DNA from: Blastocystis sp. Blastoise
Taxonomy: Eukaryota > Protista > Bigyra: Opalinata
Assembly (NCBI GenBank): GCA_039096225.1
Contig: JBBPEB010000033.1
Span: forward strand, 1,054,001 to 1,118,000
Direction of reading: 5' to 3'
Length of the DNA stretch: 64,000 nucleotides
Position 1 is the stretch's first letter. Each line of letters starts with the position of its first letter. The position numbers and the translations under genes are program-made. The notes under the pieces were generated by a model, which was given only the letters and a program-made list of their open reading frames with translations, searched no databases and was not told the origin of the DNA. Shown piece by piece: positions 29,455-42,654 of this stretch.

Positions 29455-29941
29455 TACCATTTAAATAAATATTCTGGTTGTTAGGATCAAATAGTATTTC
29501 ATAACTAGTCGAATAACATTTTGTACAATCAATATAATCATTTTCTTTAAAATAATCATAGAATAATCTTTTAATATGCGCTAATAAAATATTTTGTTCT
29601 ATGTTATCAGTTATGCATGAGTATTCAACAAGCGTTTTATATATATCAACACCATCATTTAAACTTAATGAATCAATATCCATGTTTTCTTCCATTAAAA
29701 ATTGAATCATATTTTCAATACTCAATGAAGGCATATCTACAAAAAAGCTACCATCTTCATACTTTTCAGAGTGCTGGATAATATCATGAAATGGTGATTT
29801 AGGATACTTCTCAATAAAATCTCTTGGAATCCATAATTGTTTCTCATCTTGAAAAGTAAATAAGTCTAAAAAATAGAATAACACATTTAATCACATTCAA
29901 ATACATTTCTCTTGAGTTGGCTCGGCTAAAACTTCTGACAT
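25350..29941 (-). CDS. BTB/POZ-like + LRR-like family protein, copy D (closest to copy B; acidic insert)
   Basis: Reads MSEVLAEPTQEKYLFTFQDEKQLWIPRDF, with YIYPSCIQDIFP, MTTHVFPNVTEL, KECFPKLHI and GEIPKLK. Stop TAA at 25352-25350. No lesion seen in the junctions checked. Confidence 0.8.
26985..27440 (-). repeat. Coding D/E/N/S-rich tract including a ~57-nt tandem unit
   Basis: The + strand unit atcatcaccactataat..ttttcaacactattaccctc is repeated. The sense frame reads DDESDNDEESSDY... Confidence 0.85.
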
Positions 29942-31811
29942 GACTTGCTAAACTATATAAACAAGCAACAATGAGACGATGAAATGTGTAAAAAATGATA
30001 TTTTTGTGGATATATAACGAATACATGCTTTAAACTTACTTTATTAAACTAAATTAATAAAATATTTTAATTATTTATGAATAACAAAAATAAAAAAATA
30101 TGAAACATAAGAGAGTTTCATTTCCATATATATAGAAATCTATTAAAAAAAACTATTCAAATACTAGAATTCTATTATTGCATTTTCCCACGATTAAATG
30201 TAAGTTATATGAATCATGGTTATATAGTCAAAATAACTTGAAAAAGCTAAATAATTGAAATAAAAGATTTTTTACAAAAAAAAAATAAAATGGTTATTTC
30301 TTTGGTTTCTAGTCATATAATGAATTATTAGTATTGCTTTTGTTATAAACTACTTGTTGAGACAATTGTGAGGATAAACAAATAACTCTAAGGAGATAAT
30401 TTGTGCATAATAATCTGATATGCTGAATTGTTATCATGAAAACGTGTTGAAAATGGTTTAATTGTATGTAAAATAATGTGAAGATAATCGTATAGACATA
30501 TATATTTAGAAAATAAGAATATCAAGGAAAGAATTGTTGATAAATTTCACAAAATTGGAATTTGAGCATGCTACACAGATAGGTAAGATTACGAAGTCAC
30601 ATATTAAATAATTATAATTGAATTTAATGGTATTTAGAAATGAATATCTTCTTTATAACAGAATAAATGCTTCTCAAATCATATCTTTCATTATAATCTT
30701 TATTTTTACTGAAATAAAATTAATAAAGTGTCAATTAATGAAATTAATAATATTTATTTGATAATTTTGTAATAACTTACTATATATTTATATATCTATA
30801 TAATATTTAATAACCATTTATATATTATTTACCCTGTATAATCTTATACTCTTTTAACATCTCTAATATGTATAAGAATAAACAAAAACGTAATAATTTA
30901 GTCAACTCTTCATTATGTCTTCAAGTCATATAAAAAATAGGTAAATAGAATTCTTAAAAATAGTATATTTTTATACACAAAATTATTATTATTAGATATG
31001 AGAAAACATAGCAAAAAATATATCGTTATAAGGAGAATACTTAGAAATTATCATCCTATTCATAATTAATAATGAACGACTATGAAATATATTATCAGCT
31101 ATATATAAATCGCAATAATATTATTTTAAAATGTTAGATAAATAATTCTTTTTTGTTGAAAAATGAATTATATCTATGATATTACTTATATAATAATCAA
31201 AATATATTATTATAATAAGATATATTTGTCTTTTCAATATATATATTATTATTTAAAAACTATATATTTATTTATTATTAAAGTATCAGTTTATTATATA
31301 AAAGTATTAAAATATATAAAATAAATAGTTTTCTTTTTCCTTTATGATTACAATGTTAAAAATTATGGATATATCAGAATTATTATTCTTTAACATTATT
31401 CACAGCATTTCATACACAATTCTTTTACCAATATATTCATAGAAAATATTGAATACAACTAAATTTAACATGATCACTTATTTAATTTCTGAAAGTAAAA
31501 CGAAATCAACATATTCATGTTTTACAAATCATCCCTAGTATTTTTTGTATCTTATTAATAGTTGAAACTGAATTCAAGTTGAAATTGTCATCAATTTATG
31601 ATATTACAAAGCATAAGAAAATGAGAATCCTAAAAGCATTTCACTCCCTCCACACACTCAATAAGCTTTTACACTGAGATAGCAGTTATTCATATAAAAA
31701 ACTAAGACCAAAAATTTATAGTTTTTTACAATTTTCTTTTAAATAACAAAAATTTTTATATTTTCTTTTGTTATACAACTGTTTAAAGTTTGCTTATTTG
31801 TGCTATAGAGA

Positions 31812-32510
31812 ATGGAGAACGAAGACTTTGTCTATCTGAACCAGTATATGAATAGTTTTATGATTTTTAAATCAATTGTGTAGTCCATCTGTTCTTCATT
31901 TGTTACCGGAACAGCAACAATTATTTATCAAGAATGAATCTAAGGATATTGGTATTAAAATAATTGATCAATTTGTTGATATTCTTCATTCTAAAAAACG
32001 TAATGGTGATGAATTTGATAATATTGCGAATCTGTTGGTATATATTTTTTATATTTATTACATCTATTTTTATCTTCTTTACTAATCATCTTTTATTCAA
32101 CGTTTTTCTTTTTTAGAAGGAATTTTTGAAAAATGAACTCTACGAGAGAGATATAAACGCTTTTTCTAAATTAGTGAACGCTCTTGTTGAAGTGATCTTC
32201 TCATCTAAGTTCTCGTATGAATATCTTTTTTTAATCTTATTTAATATATATTTATAGAAATCAAATGATAAGTGTATCTTTTGATATCTTAGACTCTTTA
32301 CAAGTTTATTATGGTCCAGAACTTGATGTATATATATATTAATATTATATATATATATATCTTATACCTATCGCTATTCTTTTTGTAGATTCATTTGAAT
32401 CTAAAAGAAATATTGAATTTTTATATACATATAAATAATTATGATATAAATAATAGTACTGTTTCTTATGGTAAAGAACAATATTTGAATGTGAATCGAA
32501 TGCAACATGT

Positions 32511-32541
<31 letters not shown>

Positions 32542-35500
32542 ATTATTATTATTTATTTTAGTTTACTCGTTACATTAAAAATGAAACATTTGATGCTATT
32601 GTTCCTGAATTAATCACGATTATTGAAGACTCTACAACAGAGAATAAACTATTCCCCGCGATTCTTTTTATTGCTAGTTTTTTGCCAGATCATTATTGGC
32701 CTCAAAAATTATTTGAATTGTATATATGTATAGGTTATATAATAATAAAATTGAAGTTTTTTTTATAAATAGTATTATTTAATAAATTATTATTATATAT
32801 AGGATTTTAAATAAATTTTATAATCATCAATATATATTTATTCGATGTGTATATATGGAAGTATTATCTGACATAATAGATACATATATAATTAAAGATC
32901 CTTATATATCTCCTCTCTCTTCTCTTCCTAAAGATACACTTCAAGAGAGTTTTCCTATGTATATGTATATAGAGGATATATATTCATGCTTACAAGAAGT
33001 ATTATTTGAAGATTCACAAAAATATCCTAATAATATTTGGAATATAAATGAGGAAGACAAATCAATCGAGCTTTATAGTGTATATAAATAATATATATAT
33101 ATATACATATAGGGTTATATTTCTTCTATATGTGAATTAATCTATATACAATCACCTGATGACCCTTATTATGGATATAATCGTTTTATTGTATTTATAT
33201 ATATAGAAACTATATTATACATAGCAAATAACATATATATATAGGAATTTATAAATTTCATGATTCCTATGTCATTAAAAAAAGGAGATGAAAAGAATAT
33301 TCAATTAATATACATATTATTTACTCTATATAATTATCTTGTTCAACACGAAATATTAAATACTGAGAATTTTATTAACAATCATTTATCTAAAGAACAA
33401 CATAATGTAATTGTTCATCTATTCATAGACACTTGGATGACTGTATATATATATATATTTAATATTATTTATAAGACAAAAATAATAAAAATATCTATAA
33501 TTAAATAATTATTTATTTATAGATGTTTTATAATCAACCAGAATTACCTGATTTAGCTTATACTTCTATTTCAGGTTTAACTTCTCTCGATCCTCTATAT
33601 ATATGTAATCAATTCTTTTCTGTTTATAATACTGTGATGAATCAAGAAAAGAAAGATGATAAAATAGTATTTATTTATATATATATTCTTATGGTTTTCT
33701 ATAACAAGTATATATAACATTAATATTATATGTATATAGATTATTGGATTACTTACACTTTTCGGTGATATTTGTAGTTATCTATTCCCTGTTATATCTT
33801 TAAGAACACAGCTTTATCCATTTACTTTATCTTTAATAAATTATATAGATATTAATAATCTTGAAATTTCAGCTCCTGTATTAACTATTATATATAATAT
33901 TTTTACTCTGTGTCCTGAACTACCTGGTATATATTTATATTTATACTATTATACTATATATGTATATAGACAGAACTTGTATATTTGTATCTCTTGATGA
34001 ACGAAAAGAATGGATTATGTCTGTATATATAATATATCATAGTATTCTATTATTATATATATATAGTGTCTCAAACAGATTTGTCGTTTTTACCTTCGAG
34101 GAATGACCTCTAATATATTAAAATTATCTATATTATTTCAACGTCTAATTACGTTTTTAACAAAAACAGAAATTAATGTTATATCTAAATATATTTTTGA
34201 GTATATATTATATATATATTACTAAGCAATTAATTTATAAATTTTTTTGATTCTATAACTCATATTATTAAACTTTTCTTACATAAATATAAAAAATATT
34301 ATTTATATAGTGATATTGACACGATTTCTGAGATAAAAACAGTTGATGATTTTAAAGTATCCGAAGTATTCTTCAAATATTTATATTCTGTCTATCCTGA
34401 AGTTTATATTCATTATATTAAAGAGAAGATAGAAGCAGTAGATATTCTTTTTAAAGATATAAATCCATTAGTTATTTCTTCAAATCAAATTCATAAACTT
34501 ATTAAGAAATATACTAATAATATTAATACGTTGTTTACAGCAGTATTCTTCTTTCATCAGTATATATTTATTATTTAATATGTATTATTTAATATGTATA
34601 TTATTTAATATGTATTATATATATATTATTCTATATATATATTATTCTATATGTAGAATAGATCTTCCAGATTCTCTAATAGATTCTCTTCTTCATATAT
34701 TTCTATGTATATTATCAAGTGGTTATGAGGATTATATTTTTTATATCTTTACATATATTGATAAATTTATATATAAATTAATACCAGAAATTCAATTAAA
34801 TAACTATAATTATGAATATCCCAAGGAAATGACATTATATTCAACTACTGATGATAAAGAGAAAGAAGAAGCTATTCATAAAGCAGCTACATATACTTTT
34901 AATCCTACTAATCATAATGTATATATATATAATCATGATTATATTAACTTTAATAATAATTATTATTACATTTTCCTCTATTCATATATATATAGTTTAC
35001 TTATGATTCTATTTCAGAGTCTACGATTTATACAATAAAGAGAATGATTCAATTATTTTATGTGGATATATATACATCCATTCTTTCAGATATTAATAAT
35101 AATTGTACATAAATATATTAATATTATTATAATCCATTTATTTATATTTTATATATATAGCTACAAATATAATGGATTGGAAACAAAAAACGAATATCAT
35201 GTCATCAGTATATATATATAAATAAATTTTCTTCTTTTTCTTTGTATATGTTTCTATTATATATATATATATAGATAAGTTTCATTCTCCCAATTATATT
35301 CCCTGTGAATAGTATTTATAATAAATATATATCTAAAGAAATCAGTCAACTCCGAGATATCTTTTTTAATGAAAAACATGTATATATATATCATATATAT
35401 ATATATGTATTGCTTTATATAGATTATATATAATCAGTTATTTTTATATAAATTCTATATATAGCCAATTGAAGTATGTTCTATTATAATAGATTATATT

Positions 35501-38500
35501 CAAGGAAAAACAATTAATGCAAAAATGACTGAATCTGTTGGTTTTATTCTGTATATATAGTTCATAAAGCATTATATACTTATTATATATAATTTATTAT
35601 AATTTTTTCTTTATTAAACATCACATATATATAGTAAACCTTATTTACAAGAGAATAAATTTGAAGTTACTATGCAGTCAACAACTAAATATACTAATCT
35701 TGAACAAATGAAGAATATATATCTAGCGTATCATAAAAATCTTAAAGAAGCAGCTGTTTTTGGAGGAAAATATGAATATATAGTTTATATATATAATAAA
35801 ACTATTGATATTGAATCATTTATGAATGCTCTTAATAGAAATTGTAGTATAAATGAAAAGTATGTTTATTTATCATCCTTCAATTATTTACGATTATATT
35901 TATTATTCTATTATTCAAAATAATAGTATAATTTTAATTTATATAGAATCCCTCAATATAATATTCCATCTTTAATGAATAATATCCTTCATCTTCCTAT
36001 AACAACAGAATTAGGATCACCAATACCTACTTTAGAAACTATAAATATATTAATTAGTCTTTGCTATAAATCAGGGTGTGTTCCTTTTTATGTATATATA
36101 TATTATTAGTTTTATTTTAGATTATTTCGAATTATTATATATTCAATATATATTCATTATTATTTTCAATATAATTAATAAAACTAATTACTATTAATAA
36201 CTATTAACAATATAGATTATTCAAAATATGTTTTGTGATGTTTTGAAAGAAATTAACTCGTATTCACTTTTAAAGAATTATATGTATATATTTATATTTA
36301 TTTTTTTTTACTTATTATTTATATATATAGTCAAAATATGTCATCTATAAATTTAACTACTTTTTATACTGTTACTCCTGCTCTTCTTCAATTTATGGCG
36401 AATCCATTTGAGAATATAAAGAAACAAAGTATATTCAGCTTTATTACCGGTGATAAAGAAAAAATAAATGAATCTATTCAACAAACACAACAATATATTA
36501 TCAATAATATGTATATAGAATATATATATATTTAATATATATTTATTAATACTATTTCTAAATATTTGAATAATAATATTATTATATAGATTATTCCTTT
36601 TCTTATTATTATTATATATAGTGAAGTATTGTTTTCATCTTCAACAGTAAATGATTCAAATATAATTGAGTTTTATAATTTTATGTCTTCTCTTTGGGAG
36701 AAAGTACCTACATTGACACAAAAACTATTTGTATATTAATATATACTCATTATTTTTAAATTGATATTCACTCACTAAAACATTATATAACTATATTATT
36801 ATATATTGATTATATTCTATTAATATATATATATAATAGTATATACATCTCTTTGGATATTTATTAAATGTGTCTTCTGTTTCTATTCCTGATTCCCTTA
36901 TAAATCCTCTTTGTTCTCTCCTTTTCTCTCTTATGAATAAAAAACACCAAGTAGCATCATCTCTCTCAATTATTATTCTTCTTGTTATTCATAGTAAAAG
37001 AAATAACTTTTGCATCACTTATATAGAATTCTTAGAACAAAATCAATGTATTCAATTGTTTTTTAATGTAAGTTATATATTGATTAAAATACATATATAT
37101 GAATATAAATATATTTTTATTATTACATGTATTTAGTTATTATAACATTTTGTTGAATATATAGTTATTGAATATATATAGTCTTTATATCAATCCTTTA
37201 TTTTGGATGACTCTTCTTTAACACCAGATTTAATCTCATTATCTGGAATTAAAATATTACCTGAATGTACAGTACTACATCCTTTCTATATGATGGATGA
37301 AAACATTATGCCTAGAATGCCTCAAATGAACTATATTGCTCTACTTTTTGTATATATATATATTATTAATTATTATTTTGCTTAAATGCATGTAAATAGT
37401 ATTTTCAATTATTTATATTGAAAATATGCTTATTTTATAAGTTACTTTTTTCTTTCACTATATAATATATACTATTATTTTACATACCACACAATTTTTA
37501 TTATTATCTTTGAAATACAATTACTCTTTATATATATAGGATGCTATGAAAACTCATAATGATTTATTACTACCTTATATAATCAATGAGATTTGTGAGA
37601 AAATGATTTTATGTGGTATATAAAAATAGATATATATTTATAATTATATTATTTCATAGATGATGATCACACAAGAATTTATTTTTATGTTTATGTATTA
37701 TATTATTCTTGTATAACGTCCATTATGTCTCTTTCTTCTTCTTCTCCTTTCTATGAAAACACACAAGAAATGTCTTTATCTTTAAATGTTTCATCTGAAA
37801 TCAATTGTGAAGCTTTTATAACGATATTCACATTCTTAGCGAATATCGATGAAATAGTTTGCTATATAAAGTATATATATATATAAATAATATTTTTATA
37901 TTTGTCTTTTTTTTAATATGTATTTTTATATTTATTTATTGTTGATTCAATAAGAATATATTAATCATTATAATCTATATATAGATATATTTTAGATAAG
38001 ATAATAAAAATAACGAATCCTATTTCTATTACTGTTTTAATGTGTTCAATTAATTATATAGTACGATCTTATTCATGGAAATTAGAAGAGATACAAAAGA
38101 ATTCAATTCTTTCAATAGAAGGACATACTCATGAAGTTCCATTACTTTCAGATATTCAAATGAAACTCAATGAAATTTATACACTTTTCTTTAATACTCT
38201 TGATACTATCGATATTTTTATATTTCCAGTATATATATTGTTATTTGAATATCATTATGTCTCTTTTTTATCTAATCTATTATCTATTGATATATCTTAA
38301 TAGTAAAAAGAAAAACTCTATATAATAATATATATAGCCATTAGTAAGAATAGTAACAGAATGTTGTCTTCATATATATATAAATACAAAAGGAAATAAA
38401 AAATGTATATTTATATTTATATTAATATTTATATATATATATTTATATAGTTGAAGAAAGAATTAACCAATATATGGAAAAAAGTTTTAATGTATTCAGA

Positions 38501-39769
38501 GATAATATAAAAAGTATATATATATAGTTAATTATAGTATATCCTATTAATCTTACTATATATATATATATATATATATAGATCCTCCTGAGAATAAGTA
38601 TATAGCTATGTTTCTTATATATATTCTATAATATATATATAGACCTATATGTATTGCTGAGTTTTCAAATGCTCTAATAGACTTCTATATACATGATGAT
38701 GAAATAATAAGACAATGGTATTTTGAAATGTTCAAAATTTGTGTTGAAACTAGTGTATATATATATATAGCCATATTATTTTAATTATATATTGTTATAA
38801 TTTTCTAAAAGAAATGACGTTTATGAGAATATTCAAGAAACTCAAGAATTTAAATATATTAATAAAAATGTTAAACAATATTTCGATTTTATACTAGTAT
38901 GTAATATAAATTTAATTCTATAAATATAATTAATATAATATATATAGTCTAATATAACAAATTCTGAAATAGATGAGAATTCTTGTTCTTTACTCTTAGC
39001 TTCAATAACACATTTTAGTATTGGTAATTTTACTAGAGAAACAACACAAAATAAATTATTCTATTTAGATAAACTTGAAATACTATTCTTTTCTCCATTT
39101 GAAAATGTATATATCTAGTTATTATTGTATTCTATTTGTGAATTATTTCTTTATTCAATACTTATTTTCATTATATATATATAGATTCGTATCCAAACAA
39201 AATGTTGTTTTAACTTTTTATATAGTTTTATGTCTAATGAGAATTTAACTACTTCAGTTAAGCATTTTTCAGATATATATAATGGAAAGAATCTTACTAA
39301 TGAACAAGTATACATATATTTATAAAGATATATATCAATCTAATAATCATATTATATAGAAATTAATGAAACCAGAAGTACTAAAAGAAGGAGCAGTATA
39401 TATATACTATTACTTATATAAATTGTATATTATTTTATATATATATATAGATCTATGGATTATGTTCTATTCTTGAAAATGAATATATATGTCGACCCTG
39501 TGCTATTGATGCTATTAAAGTTATACTTAATCATATGCCACTTTCAGAGTATATATATATAAATTATTTTATTTCTCCTAAATATCTATAAATAATAGTA
39601 TCTATTATTCATTAATCTTTATAGACAGTGTCAAAAGATTGTGGATACTTCCTTCCAAGAATTATTAAAACAATCGATTAATTATTATATTCCTTTAAAA
39701 ACATATTTTACTGATGAAGAATGGGAGATTATAGCGTCTTCAAATAATAAACTTAATTATTTCTCTTAA
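31812..39769 (+). CDS. PSME4: Proteasome activator PA200/Blm10 (HEAT-repeat, ~38 introns)
   Basis: The N-terminus (HLLPEQ...FSKLVNALVEVIF...FTRYI...ILFIASFLP) and C-terminus (IYGLCSIL...FKTYFTDEEWEII...NYFS*) follow the remembered PA200 layout, including a terminal HbYX-like motif. The sequence is highly divergent. Confidence 0.75.
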
Positions 39770-40417
39770 AACTAGATATTTTATTCACTATTATACTAAT
39801 AAACCTTCTTATATATATATATTTATATTATTCTAATAATAATAAATATTTTATTTAATTTCCTTTTCATCATTTTAAGCATTAGCAATGTATCTATATA
39901 TATTTTTTAATAAATACTAATATAGTTTTTATTATTATTATGAGAATTATTCCTTTTTACTAATGGTTAATTAATATTTTTTTACACAACAACATAATTA
40001 TTCTATGAAAATACTATTATATTAATCCATATACCTATTATTTAATGAAGAAATATATTTATATAAGATACTTTAACCTATATAATTATTTTCTTTAGGA
40101 TTCATAGAGTAAAACAGTTATTATAGAAAAAATTAAGATACACTAAAAGAAAACTGTTTAATTATATATGTTTATAATAGAGAAGATTCTTTTTAACATT
40201 ATAATACTAAAAACGGATTATTTTAAAATACTGTTTATATAATTATTATAGTTAAACTTTAAATTTTTTCTTTAAACAAAACAAAAAAGTAGAATAGTTA
40301 ATCAGGCAACAAATAATAAGTATTGAAAAAATATATATTTATAATCCAATAATAATAATAATAATAAAAATAAGAGTATCCTGACTAATTACTTCATTTT
40401 TTAGGTTACAAACCTCC

Positions 40418-41794
40418 TTAAAGACTTTCATTTGATCCTGGAATAATTACAACATCAACTTTGTCACCTTGACTAGAAGAATCACCTAATTTTTTAATAC
40501 TAACGAGTACAACTTCCATAGTTTCAGGGAATTTAATAGGATCTAAAGCACTTAATTTAGTCTTAAGAGTAGCAGGCATAGTATCAGCGTGGAAGTCAAG
40601 TAAGAGTTGATTAGCAACAGAAACATCAGTATTAACATGATGATTTTGATTAGCAGGAAGACTGAAACGAACAGTAAAAATAGTATTAAGAGCATCTTCT
40701 TTATCAGGCATAACATCATATATAATTAAATCATTTAATTTAGTAGTAGCAACTTCAATGAAAAGAGGATAGAATTCAAGAGTAGTATTACTATTAATAA
40801 ACTTAGAATCAACATTAGTAAGCTTAATAGTAACTTCAACATATTCTTCAGTTGAATAATCAAGACCACTACTAGCAACACATTCTTTAGTATTAATAGG
40901 AGTCCAAACAGCATCACCATCAACAGCAGCACATTTAGTATAAGCATGACCAGAATAACCTTCACCACATTCTAAATAAACAATAGTATTTAAAGTATAA
41001 GGACCTTCACCACCATTAGGATCATAATAAACTGTATAACCATCAAGGGAAGGTAAAGAAGCACAAGCTTTATCACCTTCAATAACATCAACACTCTTTA
41101 CAGTAAGACTAACAGCAACATGGAAAACAGAAGGAGCATTAGACTTTAAATAAGTAAGAATATTAGCAGCAACACCTTCAGAAGAACTATCAGTACCTTC
41201 AGCTAATTCATATTGAGAAGAATAAGAAGGAAGAGTAATAATACGAACATGAATATCAGTCTTAGGAGTTCCAACAGGACGGCCTTCACTATTTACACTA
41301 AGAGCTTCAGTATAACCAATTTGAATATCACCAACAGCAAAAGGGAAAGCACTAACAAAAGCATAAATCATATTGACTCTAGCAGTAGAAGTGAAATCAC
41401 CAGGTAATAATCCAGTAAAAGTAAGAACCATATCGACACCAGAACTACCGACAGGAATACCTTCAGGACCAGCTTGTTTACTATAACATTGATCCTCAAC
41501 AGTTTCTAAAGCAAAAGCATTATTCTTGTAAACGCAAGTCTTTTGATTCTTACCAGAATAATCACCTTCACAAGCAGTAGTTTGAGATAAATAAGGGAAA
41601 ACAGTTTCACAAGCACTCTCAGCTTGACTGTAGCAAACACCTTTAATAGCATAAGAACCAGTAGTACAAGCAGTACAAACACCACTTTCTAAAGAACCAT
41701 CACAATAGGACATACAATCAGCTCCATAATAACCAGGGAAACAAGTATCAGCAAAAGCTAAAGCAATAAATAATAAAATAGCTAAGAATTTCAT
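40418..41794 (-). CDS. Intronless secreted/surface Cys-rich protein (458 aa)
   Basis: Signal peptide MKFLAILLFIALAFA, EGF/furin-like CFPGYYGADC...CTAC, and a central C-GYSG-C-W-C module. Higher GC with strong T-ending codon bias. Confidence 0.85.
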   Translation of the reverse strand: MKFLAILLFIALAFADTCFPGYYGADCMSYCDGSLESGVCTACTTGSYAIKGVCYSQAESACETVFPYLSQTTACEGDYSGKNQKTCVYKNNAFALETVEDQCYSKQAGPEGIPVGSSGVDMVLTFTGLLPGDFTSTARVNMIYAFVSAFPFAVGDIQIGYTEALSVNSEGRPVGTPKTDIHVRIITLPSYSSQYELAEGTDSSSEGVAANILTYLKSNAPSVFHVAVSLTVKSVDVIEGDKACASLPSLDGYTVYYDPNGGEGPYTLNTIVYLECGEGYSGHAYTKCAAVDGDAVWTPINTKECVASSGLDYSTEEYVEVTIKLTNVDSKFINSNTTLEFYPLFIEVATTKLNDLIIYDVMPDKEDALNTIFTVRFSLPANQNHHVNTDVSVANQLLLDFHADTMPATLKTKLSALDPIKFPETMEVVLVSIKKLGDSSSQGDKVDVVIIPGSNESL

Positions 41795-42654
41795 CTCTTT
41801 ATTATTCAGTTATAAAACGAATTCAAAATAAAAAAAATATGAACAAAAACAAATATTCAAAAGAAAAGTTCACTTTCCAGATAAATAGAGAAAAAACAGA
41901 AGTTTTATTTAATATCAAGGTTTTTATATTCGTAAGTGTAAAAAATAATACGTTTCATTGTATACTATTCACGTTAGAATATTTTGATTTTTTTGTAATG
42001 GATTTAATAATGGAGTTCATTATGTGTGGATAGTTTTTGTCTGTATATATAATTGTTTGTGTAAAGTGTTAATTAACTTACCATAGAAATAACTTTACAG
42101 TCTTTTTTCAGTGTCTTCCCAACATGTAAAGACACTTGTTGTGAATGTCAAAAAAAGATGCTTTAAGTCAGACTTAATTTGACTGAATATAAAAAAATAT
42201 TTCTACGCTGTAAAAGAATAATCAAAAGTGTCACATTTTTTGACAATTACGACGTCGCAATAGTAGCAAATATACCTATTTTTAAATGTACTTATGCTCA
42301 ATTCTACAATAAATGCTAAATAATACAATAACAATAATAATTTTGTTTATTTCTTGATAGACAGTCTGTTGTTTATACACAAGTTTTTTAGATAATAATA
42401 TTTTAATATATTATTATAGTAAGTAGTGTAGTAAATATATAAAGTAATAAGGAAACAAAATAAATGATAAAATGAACTTAAAACAATATTATCGTGTCTT
42501 ATCAAGAATTATTAATAATAATATTGTACAGGTTTTACATCAATATTTATATATATATATGAATATATATATATAGAGACTAAACTATAAATATATTATT
42601 ATTAAAAAAGAGGATTCTATTTATTATTTTTAAATATATATAAATAATACTATA

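Noticed and set aside
30350-30600. Slightly GC-richer intergenic patch (also ~11940-12200), possible gene relics
   Set aside because: No open frame or recognisable homology by eye.
13250-38800. Stop-codon reassignment (TAA as Glu/Gln) suggested by two in-frame TAAs
   Set aside because: Exons of several kb contain no internal TAA despite extreme AT content, and TAA ends most genes. One case is in a multiply disrupted gene and the other has alternative splicing explanations.
42075-42090. ACTTACC resembling the U1 snRNA 5' end
   Set aside because: No U1-70K loop (GATCA), U1A loop or Sm site follows.
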